From NCBI GenBank assembly GCA_017484205.1, contig JAFUTO010000015.1, positions 1,836 through 65,835 of the forward strand: a stretch of 64,000 bases of DNA, given 5' to 3'. This DNA is from Bacilli bacterium. GTDB lineage: Bacteria; Bacillota_I; Bacilli_A; RF39; UBA660. Shown here in pieces: positions 40,890 to 49,930 of this stretch (its first letter is position 1; each line of letters begins with the position of its first letter). The translations under genes were made by a program, and so were the position numbers. The notes under the pieces were generated by a model. The model ran no database searches. It saw nothing but the letters and a program-made list of their open reading frames with translations, and was not told the DNA's origin.

Positions 40890-41061
40890 TTTTAACCCCT
40901 AAATTATCTAAACACTTTTTTAAATCTTCTTGACTAACAATATATTGTCTTCCTATAAAATGTGCTTTTAAAGTATGTTCTTTAATCATTTTTCTTAAAT
41001 ATGGTATTGGTGTCTTTAATAGACAACTTATCTCTTTTAATGTGTAATATTGATTACTCAT
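40879..41061 (-). CDS. excisionase-family helix-turn-helix DNA-binding protein
   Basis: 60 aa. YTLKEISCLLKTPIPYLRKMIKE resembles the MerR/Xis-type HTH. A palindromic operator lies just upstream. Confidence 0.5.
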   Translation of the reverse strand: MSNQYYTLKEISCLLKTPIPYLRKMIKEHTLKAHFIGRQYIVSQEDLKKCLDNLGVKNER

Positions 41062-41073
41062 CTTTTTATCATC

Positions 41074-41096
41074 TCCTTACTATTTAGTAGTAAGAT
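41074..41096. promoter_or_regulatory. palindromic putative operator (TTACTATTTAGTAGTAA) at the promoter of the HTH gene
   Basis: Perfect 6-bp arms ttacta/tagtaa separated by a 5-bp spacer (ttact-a-TTTAG-tagtaa), 13 bp upstream of the start codon. Confidence 0.4.
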
Positions 41097-41426
41097 GATA
41101 CTTAAAATCAAAAAGTTATTAATAGTATATATATAGTATATAAATAGTGAAATACCCTATAAAATCAAAGATTAATTCAAAATTAAACACCTCAAAAAAT
41201 ACCAAATTCCGCTATCTAAAATCGTTGAAAATATCTTTATAGTGCAATTATATTACTAGGGGCTAAAAAGTGTCTTAAATCGGCTTAAAATGGTGGTGTT
41301 TTAATTTAAGGGTACGGGTGGGGTTAAGTTAGAAAAGGTATTATAATCTCAAAATGGGGTATTTGCCCTAAATTAAATCTAGTTAAATAAAAAAAGCATA
41401 TAGCAATTACTATATACTTATTTACA

Positions 41427-41828
41427 TTACTTTAATATTTCGTTTTCGTATAATCTATCAATATTTTTTTCATACCATATTTTTGACTCATTATGAGAAC
41501 TTGCTGAAAAAATCCCACCAACTAATATAATAGCAATTCCTATAAACATAATAGTTACATTAAATCCTAGTATACAACTAAAAAATAGAAAAAGCATACC
41601 AAAGATAAGAATAAATATACCAAAAAATCTACTTGGGACATTCCACCATTCTTTGTTTAATTTTCTATATGCTACTATCTTATATCTTTCTTCTTGTGTT
41701 AATTCTTCCCATTTTTTCTTATTCATTGTTTTAATTTTTTCTTGAAAAATTGGGTTGCCACAATGAATACAAGTTGTTGCTTTATCACTTATTTCTTTTC
41801 CACATTCACTACATTTAATTAAAGCCAT
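41427..41828 (-). CDS. zinc-ribbon domain membrane protein
   Basis: N-terminal CSECGK...CIHCGNP zinc ribbon, then two TM helices. Confidence 0.5.
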   Translation of the reverse strand: MALIKCSECGKEISDKATTCIHCGNPIFQEKIKTMNKKKWEELTQEERYKIVAYRKLNKEWWNVPSRFFGIFILIFGMLFLFFSCILGFNVTIMFIGIAIILVGGIFSASSHNESKIWYEKNIDRLYENEILK

Positions 41829-41829
41829 T

Positions 41830-42162
41830 TTATTTACTCCTTTTATTTTTATTTATTTCATATAGATTTTTAAGTGTATATGCTTTCCACTCTAAAAATG
41901 GTGTGCTTAATATAGCACCAATTACAAATAAAGCACTAGATATTAAGCAAGTAATAAAAACTCCTGTATTTTCACTTAAATTGCCTAGACCAACAAAGAA
42001 TAATATAATTGCAACAATAAAAGATATTATTCTAATAACCTTTGAAAGTTTTAAAAAGTAATTAATATTTTTCTCTGTACCATTTAATATATTATCGTAT
42101 GTTTCGTTAAACAAGTTGCTTGTATCGTTTTTATCTAATTCATCAAAAAAATTATCTTTCAT
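41830..42162 (-). CDS. small membrane protein (2 TM), hypothetical
   Basis: Translationally coupled to the flanking genes. Confidence 0.4.
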   Translation of the reverse strand: MKDNFFDELDKNDTSNLFNETYDNILNGTEKNINYFLKLSKVIRIISFIVAIILFFVGLGNLSENTGVFITCLISSALFVIGAILSTPFLEWKAYTLKNLYEINKNKRSK

Positions 42163-42829
42163 TTTTTAAACTCCTTTCATTTATACTTTTTCCATACAAG
42201 TATAAGAATAGAACAAAAGAACAAGATTTAATTATTCCGTTAATTGTGCCTAAAAAATTAAATGTAATTAGTACATAAGGGTTATAAGTTATGTATTCAT
42301 TATATTTTAGATATGAATATGAAGATATAACAAAAGGTATCAAACTTATTAAGGTTAAAATGATTAACAATATCATTAAGAACTTATAAGGCATTTTCTT
42401 TTTGTTTAATATTCCATAAACCATTATTATTTCTAAAACCATAAATAAAGCATTTGATATTAAATTAAACCACATTTGAAACTTGCCTAAACTACTTACA
42501 CTTATTGAAATAGAATGTATTTGATTGATGTAATTTACTTGCCCGACAATATAAATTATTAATGATACTATTAACCAAATAAATAAGATAAGATTTAATG
42601 TTCTCATATTCTTTTCTTTTTTCTTTAAAATTATTAGTAAATAAATAATTATATATAAATTAACATTTGTGAAAAAACCGACAATAGTTGTAAGTGTTCT
42701 AGTTGTTTTAATTGAATTAGGCATATCACTAACAAAAACAATATTAGAAATAGTTGAAATAGCAAAACCAATAATAATTGTTGCTATTGTAATTATTGCT
42801 AGTGTTTTAGGTTTTAAAATCTTCTTCAT
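42152..42829 (-). CDS. polytopic membrane protein (6 TM), hypothetical
   Basis: 225 aa. First gene of the three-gene minus-strand membrane-protein operon, divergent from the XRE gene. Confidence 0.45.
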   Translation of the reverse strand: MKKILKPKTLAIITIATIIIGFAISTISNIVFVSDMPNSIKTTRTLTTIVGFFTNVNLYIIIYLLIILKKKEKNMRTLNLILFIWLIVSLIIYIVGQVNYINQIHSISISVSSLGKFQMWFNLISNALFMVLEIIMVYGILNKKKMPYKFLMILLIILTLISLIPFVISSYSYLKYNEYITYNPYVLITFNFLGTINGIIKSCSFVLFLYLYGKSINERSLKNER

Positions 42830-42946
42830 TTAATCACTCCTTTCTATTCTATTATAGCATAACTTACTCGAATAGAGTAAGTATATTTAGGGCTATTAGT
42901 GAGAAAATTATATATAGAGTTAGTATATAGAGTTAGGTGGTGAATT

Positions 42947-43207
42947 ATGTTTGATAGAAATAATGAGAATTATGTTTATGAGTTAGTATCTAAAAATATT
43001 AAAAAACAAAGACAATTAAAAGGGCTAACACAAGAACAATTAGCAGATAAAATGAATTATTCAACACAATTTATATCTAATATTGAAAGTAAAAATCATC
43101 AAACATTTTCACTTGGTACAATATGGAGATTAGCACTTGTCCTTGATATAAGTATTAAAGATTTATTTGATGAAGAAGAACAAAAAAATAAGAGTGATGA
43201 AGACTAA
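42947..43207 (+). CDS. XRE-family helix-turn-helix transcriptional regulator
   Basis: LKGLTQEQLADKMNYSTQFISNIE is a classic Cro/C1-type HTH. RBS present. Confidence 0.7.
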   Translation: MFDRNNENYVYELVSKNIKKQRQLKGLTQEQLADKMNYSTQFISNIESKNHQTFSLGTIWRLALVLDISIKDLFDEEEQKNKSDED

Positions 43208-43527
43208 AAAATCTTTATCACTCTTTTAATATATATAAACACCTTATAGGGTGGTATTTTTTTATTTATATTTATCTTTACAAAAGGTATTTAATATATT
43301 TTATAATAATTATATCTTATGGAAGATAATTTATATTATTATATATTTAACTTAATATATATTATTTTAGTAAATATATTTATATATATTATTTTTATTA
43401 ATTTACTTAATAGTATCTAACTTAATATAAAAATATAAAAATTAATTACTCTATATATAATTATATGTATAAATATAATTAATCAAATAAAAAGGAATAG
43501 ACTTAATATAAGTCCACTCCATAGAGA
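43208..43527. repeat. extremely AT-rich (~90% AT) intergenic region with four copies of an ACTTAATA(T/G) motif
   Basis: Motif copies near 43349, 43405, 43421 and 43501. Confidence 0.4.
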
Positions 43528-43980
43528 TTATATATTATTTAATATATTATAAAACTTATCTAACATATCTTTCATTTCATTAGGTATAGTATTTAATTTA
43601 TTTAATGATTTCTTTATATCTAGTATATTTCCTATTAGTACCCTTAATGTTATTTCTTCATAAGCTGTTTTAATATCATATTTATTTTTATAAGCATTAA
43701 ATAAATTAGAGTTAGTAGATATTAAGTCTATTGTTCCATTAGTAATAAGTAATAGTAATAATAAACTTTTATATTTTTCTATTTCATCATTAGAATTAAT
43801 ATTAAAATTAAAATCTAAATCAAATAATTTATATGTATTTTCTAAATAAGGTATTATATATAACTTAACATTTTTATCAGTATTCTCAATATTAATACTA
43901 TTTGTTAAATAGTCTTGTTCTAAATTATGTTGTTTAATAAAATCATCACATAATAAATCTAATATATTTTGTTTTCTCAT
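43528..43980 (-). CDS. hypothetical protein (150 aa)
   Basis: Last gene of the minus-strand cargo operon. Lys/Asn/Ile-rich. No known motifs. Confidence 0.45.
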   Translation of the reverse strand: MRKQNILDLLCDDFIKQHNLEQDYLTNSINIENTDKNVKLYIIPYLENTYKLFDLDFNFNINSNDEIEKYKSLLLLLLITNGTIDLISTNSNLFNAYKNKYDIKTAYEEITLRVLIGNILDIKKSLNKLNTIPNEMKDMLDKFYNILNNI

Positions 43981-43981
43981 A

Positions 43982-44896
43982 TTAACTATTCCTTTCGTAT
44001 AAGTCTTTAAATTGTTCTATAAGTTCTTTAATATTTGAAAATGCTAAATCAATATTATCATTATCAATTAAATTACTAATATCTTTTAATTTATTAAATA
44101 CATTTATATAAGTTATATCTTTTACAAAGGAAATATCTTGATTTAAAAACTCTTTTAAGAAATAATTAAATAAGTTTACAAGGCATTTATCATTGTATAT
44201 GTAATAATCTACCATTGAATTATTTAAGTCTTTAATTTTATTTAAAATATCAAATATGAAATATCTTTGCTCTGTATCTTCATTAAGATTAATACCTGTT
44301 CTTTTTTCATAAGATATTATAAAATCATTGTTTAATTTTTTTTGCTTATCACTATCAAATAGAGTTGATGATTTTATATCTAAATCATTTATTATTTTTA
44401 AATTAACTTTTTTGGGTAGTTTATCATTTGGCTTTTTGATATATGGCATATCTTTACTATCAATTAATTTATCAAAATTAAGACTATCAAGTATATTCAT
44501 AAAATACTCGGTATCTTTTTCAAGATTTTTAAGATTATATTTAGTCTTTTTAGTTGTATATAATTCTTTCATCTCATTTAATTCATCAAGTGTATTTTCT
44601 AAACTATCATATATCAAGATACACTCACTATCATAACACTTTTTAATCTTGTTTTTATATTTGTTTAAATAAGCATTTATTAAGTGCATTATATTATCTA
44701 CTTTTTGATTAATAGGTATATAGTTTAAAGAAAATAAGATATTATTTAAACTAATATAAGTGTTATATGTTTCAAATATCAATTCATATTGTAAGGGGTA
44801 GTCTTTAATTTTTATATTAAAAGCACTTTCAAACTTTTTAATATAAATAGATTTATTAAAATATTTCTTATCAAGTTTATTATGATATTTTCCCAT
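43982..44896 (-). CDS. hypothetical protein (304 aa)
   Basis: Translationally coupled to the 150-aa gene. No recognisable domain. Confidence 0.5.
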   Translation of the reverse strand: MGKYHNKLDKKYFNKSIYIKKFESAFNIKIKDYPLQYELIFETYNTYISLNNILFSLNYIPINQKVDNIMHLINAYLNKYKNKIKKCYDSECILIYDSLENTLDELNEMKELYTTKKTKYNLKNLEKDTEYFMNILDSLNFDKLIDSKDMPYIKKPNDKLPKKVNLKIINDLDIKSSTLFDSDKQKKLNNDFIISYEKRTGINLNEDTEQRYFIFDILNKIKDLNNSMVDYYIYNDKCLVNLFNYFLKEFLNQDISFVKDITYINVFNKLKDISNLIDNDNIDLAFSNIKELIEQFKDLYERNS

Positions 44897-44940
44897 AGTA
44901 CCAACTCCATATATAAATTATAACACAAAAAAAGAATAGT

Positions 44941-45150
44941 TTATGCTATTCCAAGTCTTAATAATTCTTTTTTTATTAATTCATCATAAGTTGTTTTAAC
45001 ATTATTTATCATTAATTCTAAATAATCAGTAAATACATTGTTAAATATCTCATTAAAAGTATTCATATCATTTTCATAAGGTGTATTTTTTAAACCATTT
45101 TCTATTATTTCACAAACATAATTTTCATCATACATTTTATAATCTTTCAT
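44941..45150 (-). CDS. hypothetical protein (69 aa)
   Basis: Small ORF in the cargo operon. Confidence 0.4.
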   Translation of the reverse strand: MKDYKMYDENYVCEIIENGLKNTPYENDMNTFNEIFNNVFTDYLELMINNVKTTYDELIKKELLRLGIA

Positions 45151-45166
45151 ATTATCAATTCCTTTC

Positions 45167-45355
45167 TTAATTTATTCTATATAATGTAAAATTGCTAAAA
45201 TCGTTATTTTTAATGGCTCTTTTTAACAATTCTCCTTTATAATCAATTCTTTCATAAGCAATTAAAGATTTATCATTTTCAATAATGAACTTTAATTCCT
45301 CATCAGTCATATTTTTAATACCTTTCTTTTTTAATTCTTCAATTCTATTTTTCAT
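45167..45355 (-). CDS. hypothetical protein (62 aa)
   Basis: Small ORF in the cargo operon. Confidence 0.4.
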   Translation of the reverse strand: MKNRIEELKKKGIKNMTDEELKFIIENDKSLIAYERIDYKGELLKRAIKNNDFSNFTLYRIN

Positions 45356-45469
45356 AATATCAAATCCTTTCTTTCTATATATTTTTAATTACCTTTACAA
45401 GCAAGATTAAACTTTATAAGTCTAAAATTGCTTGTATAGGGTTTTAAATCGTTTTAACTAACTTTTAGA

Positions 45470-45706
45470 TTAGTCTAATTGAGTTATAATATCGTTTAGT
45501 TTTATAAAATCATCATATTGTTTTTGAATAATCTTATAAAAACTATTTAATCTATTATCAAGATTATTTTTTGAATTATTGTTTTTAAACTCAAGATTAA
45601 GATATTTATAAAACTTATTTAATTCTTTAGTGCTTAACTCTTTACCAGCATACTTATTAACCATAAGTTTTATCATTTCTTGTCTTATGTCTAAAATATC
45701 TATCAT
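45470..45706 (-). CDS. hypothetical protein (78 aa)
   Basis: First gene of the cargo operon. AGGAG RBS. Confidence 0.4.
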   Translation of the reverse strand: MIDILDIRQEMIKLMVNKYAGKELSTKELNKFYKYLNLEFKNNNSKNNLDNRLNSFYKIIQKQYDDFIKLNDIITQLD

Positions 45707-45984
45707 TTTAACAACTCCTTTCGTGATTTTACAAAACTCGTCGACTTGCTTTGTGATTTCATCATACTAGGTTTTTGAGTAAAAAAAAATAGTTTTTCAT
45801 CAACTTTTTTGGGTTATATTTTACTTATTTTTGTCCGAAATAATTAATTTTTTTGCTCTTTTTTTCTTTATTTTCAATACCCCATATTTTAAAAATGGGG
45901 CTTTTTTGGTTGCTCGTTTTGGTACCTCTTTTTAGGTATAGTGTAGTTGTTCGAACAAGAAATATTTTGAAAGGAGCAACTTTT

Positions 45985-46182
45985 ATGACAAAGAAAATAT
46001 GTGATATTCAAGAATTATCAAGTTATTTAAAAATATCAGTATCAGAGATTAGAAAATTAGTAAGAAGTAAAAGAATACCACATTTTAGAATTGGTAATAG
46101 ATTAAAATTTGATTTAGTAAAAATTAATTCTTGGGTTGAAGATTTAGAGGCACAAGAGGGAAAAAATCTATTATTTTTCTAG
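45985..46182 (+). CDS. excisionase/AlpA-like HTH DNA-binding protein
   Basis: AAAGGAG RBS before the ATG at 45985. LSSYLKISVSEIRKLVRSKRIPHFRIGNRLKF matches the excisionase-family HTH. The track's N-terminal extension from 45853 is probably not coding. Confidence 0.6.
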   Translation: MTKKICDIQELSSYLKISVSEIRKLVRSKRIPHFRIGNRLKFDLVKINSWVEDLEAQEGKNLLFF

Positions 46183-46270
46183 GAAAAAAGGGCAAAATAT
46201 GGTATAATTATATTAGATAATTATTGAAGTATTTTGCTCGTAAGATTATTGAAAGGAGTTAAAAATCTTA

Positions 46271-47400
46271 TGAGTATAACAAGATTATCAAATAATAAAT
46301 ATAAAATAATTATTGAACTAGGTTATGACATTTTAGGTAATAGAAAAAGATTAACAAAGACTGTCAATGGCACTAAAAATGAGGCAATTAAAATTGAAGC
46401 CGATTTAAAAAGCAAATATTATCATATAGGAAAAGCAAACAATATAAGTGATTTAACATTTGAAGAATATAGCCAAATATTCCTATCAAAATATTGTGAT
46501 AAAATCAGTTTAGTTACAAAAGATGGCTACGAAAAATCACTTAAAAGAATATTGCCGATAATAGGAAAGATTAAACTTAATAAGATAACTCCACTTGTAT
46601 TAGATAATATGTATCAAAAATTAAAGATAGGAAAAAATAGTCAAGTGTTAGGTTATCACTCTATGTATGGTTATTATAAACTTATTAATGTAATGTTTAA
46701 TCAAGCCATTAAATGGGAAGTATTAGATAAAAACCCTAATTTAAAAGCCAATAAACCTAAAAGAGAAAAAGCCGAAAGAAAGTATTATGATTTAGAACAA
46801 GTACAAAAGTTATTATCTTGTTTAGAGTATGAAAATATTAAATATAGAACTCTTATAACTCTTGCATTAGATAGTGGAGCAAGAAGAAGTGAAATATGTG
46901 CTTTAAGGTGGAGTGATATTGATTTTGATACTAACTTAATGAGAATTGATAAATCTTTAAAGGTTATTAGAGGTGTTGTTGATGAGGCAACAACTAAAAC
47001 TGAAAGTTCTAAAAGAGAAATAATGTTAAGTAATTCAACCATTGACTTATTAAAGGAGTATAAAGAGTGGCAAGATAATTATATTAAATGGGTTGGCAAG
47101 AAATGGAAAGGTACTAATAGAGTATTTATATCTCAATATGGAGATTATATGCACCCTAGCACTTGCGACCATATAATGAGAAAAATAGTTAAAAAATATG
47201 AGTTAGCCCCTATATGCTTTCACGAATTAAGACATACTTCGGCTAGTATCTTAATACATAAAGGTATAAACCCTAAAGCAGTAAGTCAAAGATTAGGTCA
47301 TGCCGATACAAGTATCACAATGGAAATATATTCACATACTTTTGATATAACCAAAAAAGAAAGTGCTATGGCTTTTGATGAAGTATTAAAAAAAGCATAA
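46271..47400 (+). CDS. tyrosine-type site-specific integrase
   Basis: AAAGGAG RBS. N-terminal arm-binding-like region. Catalytic R...HELRHT...Y motifs (GHADTSITMEIYSH). Confidence 0.85.
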
Positions 47401-47550
47401 ATTGGCACTAAAAAAATTGAAATGGCACCAATTTTCGGCACTCGGTTAAAAAATAAAGTTCAATAATTTAAGAAAAATGATAGAAAAACCCTTTTAAAAA
47501 AAGGAGTTTCAAGATATAATAATGGTGTTCTTGTGAGGGGAAGCAAGTCC

Positions 47551-47596
47551 CCTCCTAAGCGATAGGTCGTTGGTTCGATTCCAATCGAGGACGCCA
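47551..47596 (+). pseudogene. 3' half of the split tRNA-Arg(CCU) (attR side)
   Basis: Anticodon-stem 3' strand gcgat, T-arm gttgg-ttcgatt-ccaat, acceptor cgaggac, then gCCA. These pair perfectly with the 5' half at 39824-39863. Confidence 0.7.
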
Positions 47597-47615
47597 TTTA
47601 TTATGGAGGGTTTTT

Positions 47616-48467
47616 ATGAAAATAATGATAACAGGTGTTACCGGTCAATTAGGCTATGATATTTATAGAGAATTAATTAGTAGAGGTTATGATAAAAATG
47701 ATATATATGCACCTGCACATAGTGATTTAGATATAGTTAATAAGGAAGATGTTTTAACTAAAGTAAAAGCATTTAATCCAGATATAATTTTTCATTGCGC
47801 GGCCTATACAGCTGTAGACAAAGCAGAGGAAGAAAAAGATTTATGTAACGCGATTAATGCTGTAGGTACAGAAAATATTGTTGATGCTGCTTCCATTACT
47901 AATGCTAAAGTAGTTTATATAAGTACTGACTATATATTTGATGGAAAAAAAGAAGGACTTTATGAAACATATGATGAATCTAATCCAGTTAATGTATATG
48001 GTTTAAGCAAGCTAAATGGTGAAAATATAGTTAAAGGATATGATAAACACTTCATTGTTAGAATATCATGGGTATTTGGTGAAAATGGTAAAAATTTTAT
48101 AAAGACTATGTTAAAGCTAAGTGAAACACATGATGAATTAAATGTTGTAAGTGATCAAGAGGGAAGTCCTACATATACTGCTGATTTAGCGCCTTTACTT
48201 GTTAATATGGCAAATACTTCATTATATGGAACTTATCATGCAACTAATAGAGGATTTATTACTTGGTATGAACTTGCTAAAATGACATTTAAAATAGCAG
48301 GTAAAGAAGTAAAAGTAAATCCAATATTAACTAAAGATTATAAGACTTTAGCTAAAAGACCACTTAATTCTAAATTAAGTAAAACATCATTAGTAGAAGC
48401 AGGATTTGAATTATTACCTGAAGTAGAAGACGCAGTTAAAAGATATGTTAAAATAATAAATAAGTGA
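47616..48467 (+). CDS. rfbD: dTDP-4-dehydrorhamnose reductase
   Basis: GVTGQLG Rossmann fold. RmlD-family motifs. 283 aa. Confidence 0.85.
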   Translation: MKIMITGVTGQLGYDIYRELISRGYDKNDIYAPAHSDLDIVNKEDVLTKVKAFNPDIIFHCAAYTAVDKAEEEKDLCNAINAVGTENIVDAASITNAKVVYISTDYIFDGKKEGLYETYDESNPVNVYGLSKLNGENIVKGYDKHFIVRISWVFGENGKNFIKTMLKLSETHDELNVVSDQEGSPTYTADLAPLLVNMANTSLYGTYHATNRGFITWYELAKMTFKIAGKEVKVNPILTKDYKTLAKRPLNSKLSKTSLVEAGFELLPEVEDAVKRYVKIINK

Positions 48468-48482
48468 GTAATCACTTTTTTT
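48463..48482 (+). terminator. rho-independent terminator
   Basis: Stem agtga/tcact with loop gtaa, followed by a T7 run, overlapping the rfbD stop. Confidence 0.45.
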
Positions 48483-48578
48483 AATAAAATAGAAGTAAAA
48501 ATAGTGTATAATTAAAATTATATAACTTGACTTTTTACTTAATAAATATTACTATATTTATAGTAGGAGGTTATTGAT

Positions 48579-48986
48579 ATGGGTGAGATATTAGATAAAG
48601 CAACTGCTTGCGAGCAAATGAAAGAAGCAATAATGAATGCTACTAATATGGTAAAATATGAAAGAGATGAAGAAGGTAAAGGCGTACCAGTACAAATTGA
48701 TTTGGTTGAAGGTATTAAAGAGGAAGCAATTGGTTATGTTGAAGGATTAAAAAATTATGTAGATAATTCAATTATGATCTATCATGGAAAAGATGATATT
48801 GCTGAATTTATGTCAATTATACAATATAATGCGGTAGGTCAAATAGAAATTATTATAGATGTAAATATGGATCAAGTACATCGTGGATATTATAAAACAC
48901 CAGAAGAAATATTATATGCATCATCTATAATACATGCGATGAAAGATAATACTGAAGAAATAAAAGAAGAACCAAAAGTAATGTAA
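48579..48986 (+). CDS. hypothetical protein (135 aa)
   Basis: GGAGG RBS. Acidic. No known motifs. Confidence 0.45.
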   Translation: MGEILDKATACEQMKEAIMNATNMVKYERDEEGKGVPVQIDLVEGIKEEAIGYVEGLKNYVDNSIMIYHGKDDIAEFMSIIQYNAVGQIEIIIDVNMDQVHRGYYKTPEEILYASSIIHAMKDNTEEIKEEPKVM

Positions 48987-49003
48987 AAAGGGAAAGTGAT
49001 ATT

Positions 49004-49750
49004 ATGAATTTTGAAAATGCTGTTAAAGAATATATTAGTTATGCAAAAACATATGATTTAACAAATCCAGAATTGATGTCCGAGTTTCATCATACACATA
49101 GAGTTGTAGATTACGCTAAAGATATAGCTATAAGCGAAGGATTAAGCAATGAAGATGTAGATTTAGCAAAATTATGTGCTTTATTACATGATATAGCTAG
49201 ATATAAACAACAAACTGATTATAAGACATATCTTGATATTAGGTCTTTTGATCATGGTGATGAAGCAGTTAATATATTAAAGAAAAATAATTATATTGAT
49301 AAATATACAACTGATAAAGAGAGTCAAAATATAATATTTAAAGCTATCAAAAATCATAATAAATTAAAAATAGAAAATGGTTTATCTGAGAGGGAAGAAT
49401 TATTTGCTAAAATACTTAGAGATGCAGATAAACTTGATAAAATGAAAGAAAAAGGTAATACTATTAATGGTGTTATCGTATTGAATGTAGATTATATTAA
49501 ACCTTTTAAAGAAAGAAGATTATATCAAAATCATGGTGTAACTGGTGAGTATGAAGTTACTTTAAGATTACTTGCATTTGTTTATGATATGAACTTTAAA
49601 TATTCTTATGAATTTGTATTGAATAATAATATAATCCAAGATAAGATAAGACTTATTATGGGTCATAGTAATAGTATTGCTATACTTGAATATGTTGAAA
49701 AACTATTATTAGAATATGTTAATGAAAGAATAGAGGAATTATCTAAGTAA
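49004..49750 (+). CDS. HD-domain phosphohydrolase
   Basis: H..H...LHDIAR...D pattern of the HD superfamily. Confidence 0.65.
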   Translation: MNFENAVKEYISYAKTYDLTNPELMSEFHHTHRVVDYAKDIAISEGLSNEDVDLAKLCALLHDIARYKQQTDYKTYLDIRSFDHGDEAVNILKKNNYIDKYTTDKESQNIIFKAIKNHNKLKIENGLSEREELFAKILRDADKLDKMKEKGNTINGVIVLNVDYIKPFKERRLYQNHGVTGEYEVTLRLLAFVYDMNFKYSYEFVLNNNIIQDKIRLIMGHSNSIAILEYVEKLLLEYVNERIEELSK

Positions 49751-49930
49751 TTCTTCTTTTTTATATATTGCTTTTTAAAAAAAGTTATTGTATAATTAAA
49801 AAGACGTTTTGCAAAGAATCTACAATTTATTATTACACCTGGTACCTACATGAAAATGTAGTTTTTTGCGTTATATCTTAACTAAATTTATGATAAATTG
49901 TCGATTCTTTGGTGGAGAGGAGTTGATAAA

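Larger units (their letters stand above)
39855..47559 (+). mobile_element. integrative islet (~7.7 kb) inserted in the tRNA-Arg anticodon loop, bounded by 9-bp direct repeats CCTCCTAAG
   Basis: Direct repeats at 39855-39863 and 47551-47559. Tyrosine integrase and Xis-like protein at the right end, XRE regulator, own tRNA. Gene orientation and composition differ from the flanks. Confidence 0.7.

Noticed and set aside
45853-45984. N-terminal extension of the Xis-like ORF (track start 45853)
   Set aside because: The extension contains a hairpin plus T-run (45893-45919) and has no RBS. The ATG at 45985 with AAAGGAG is the credible start.
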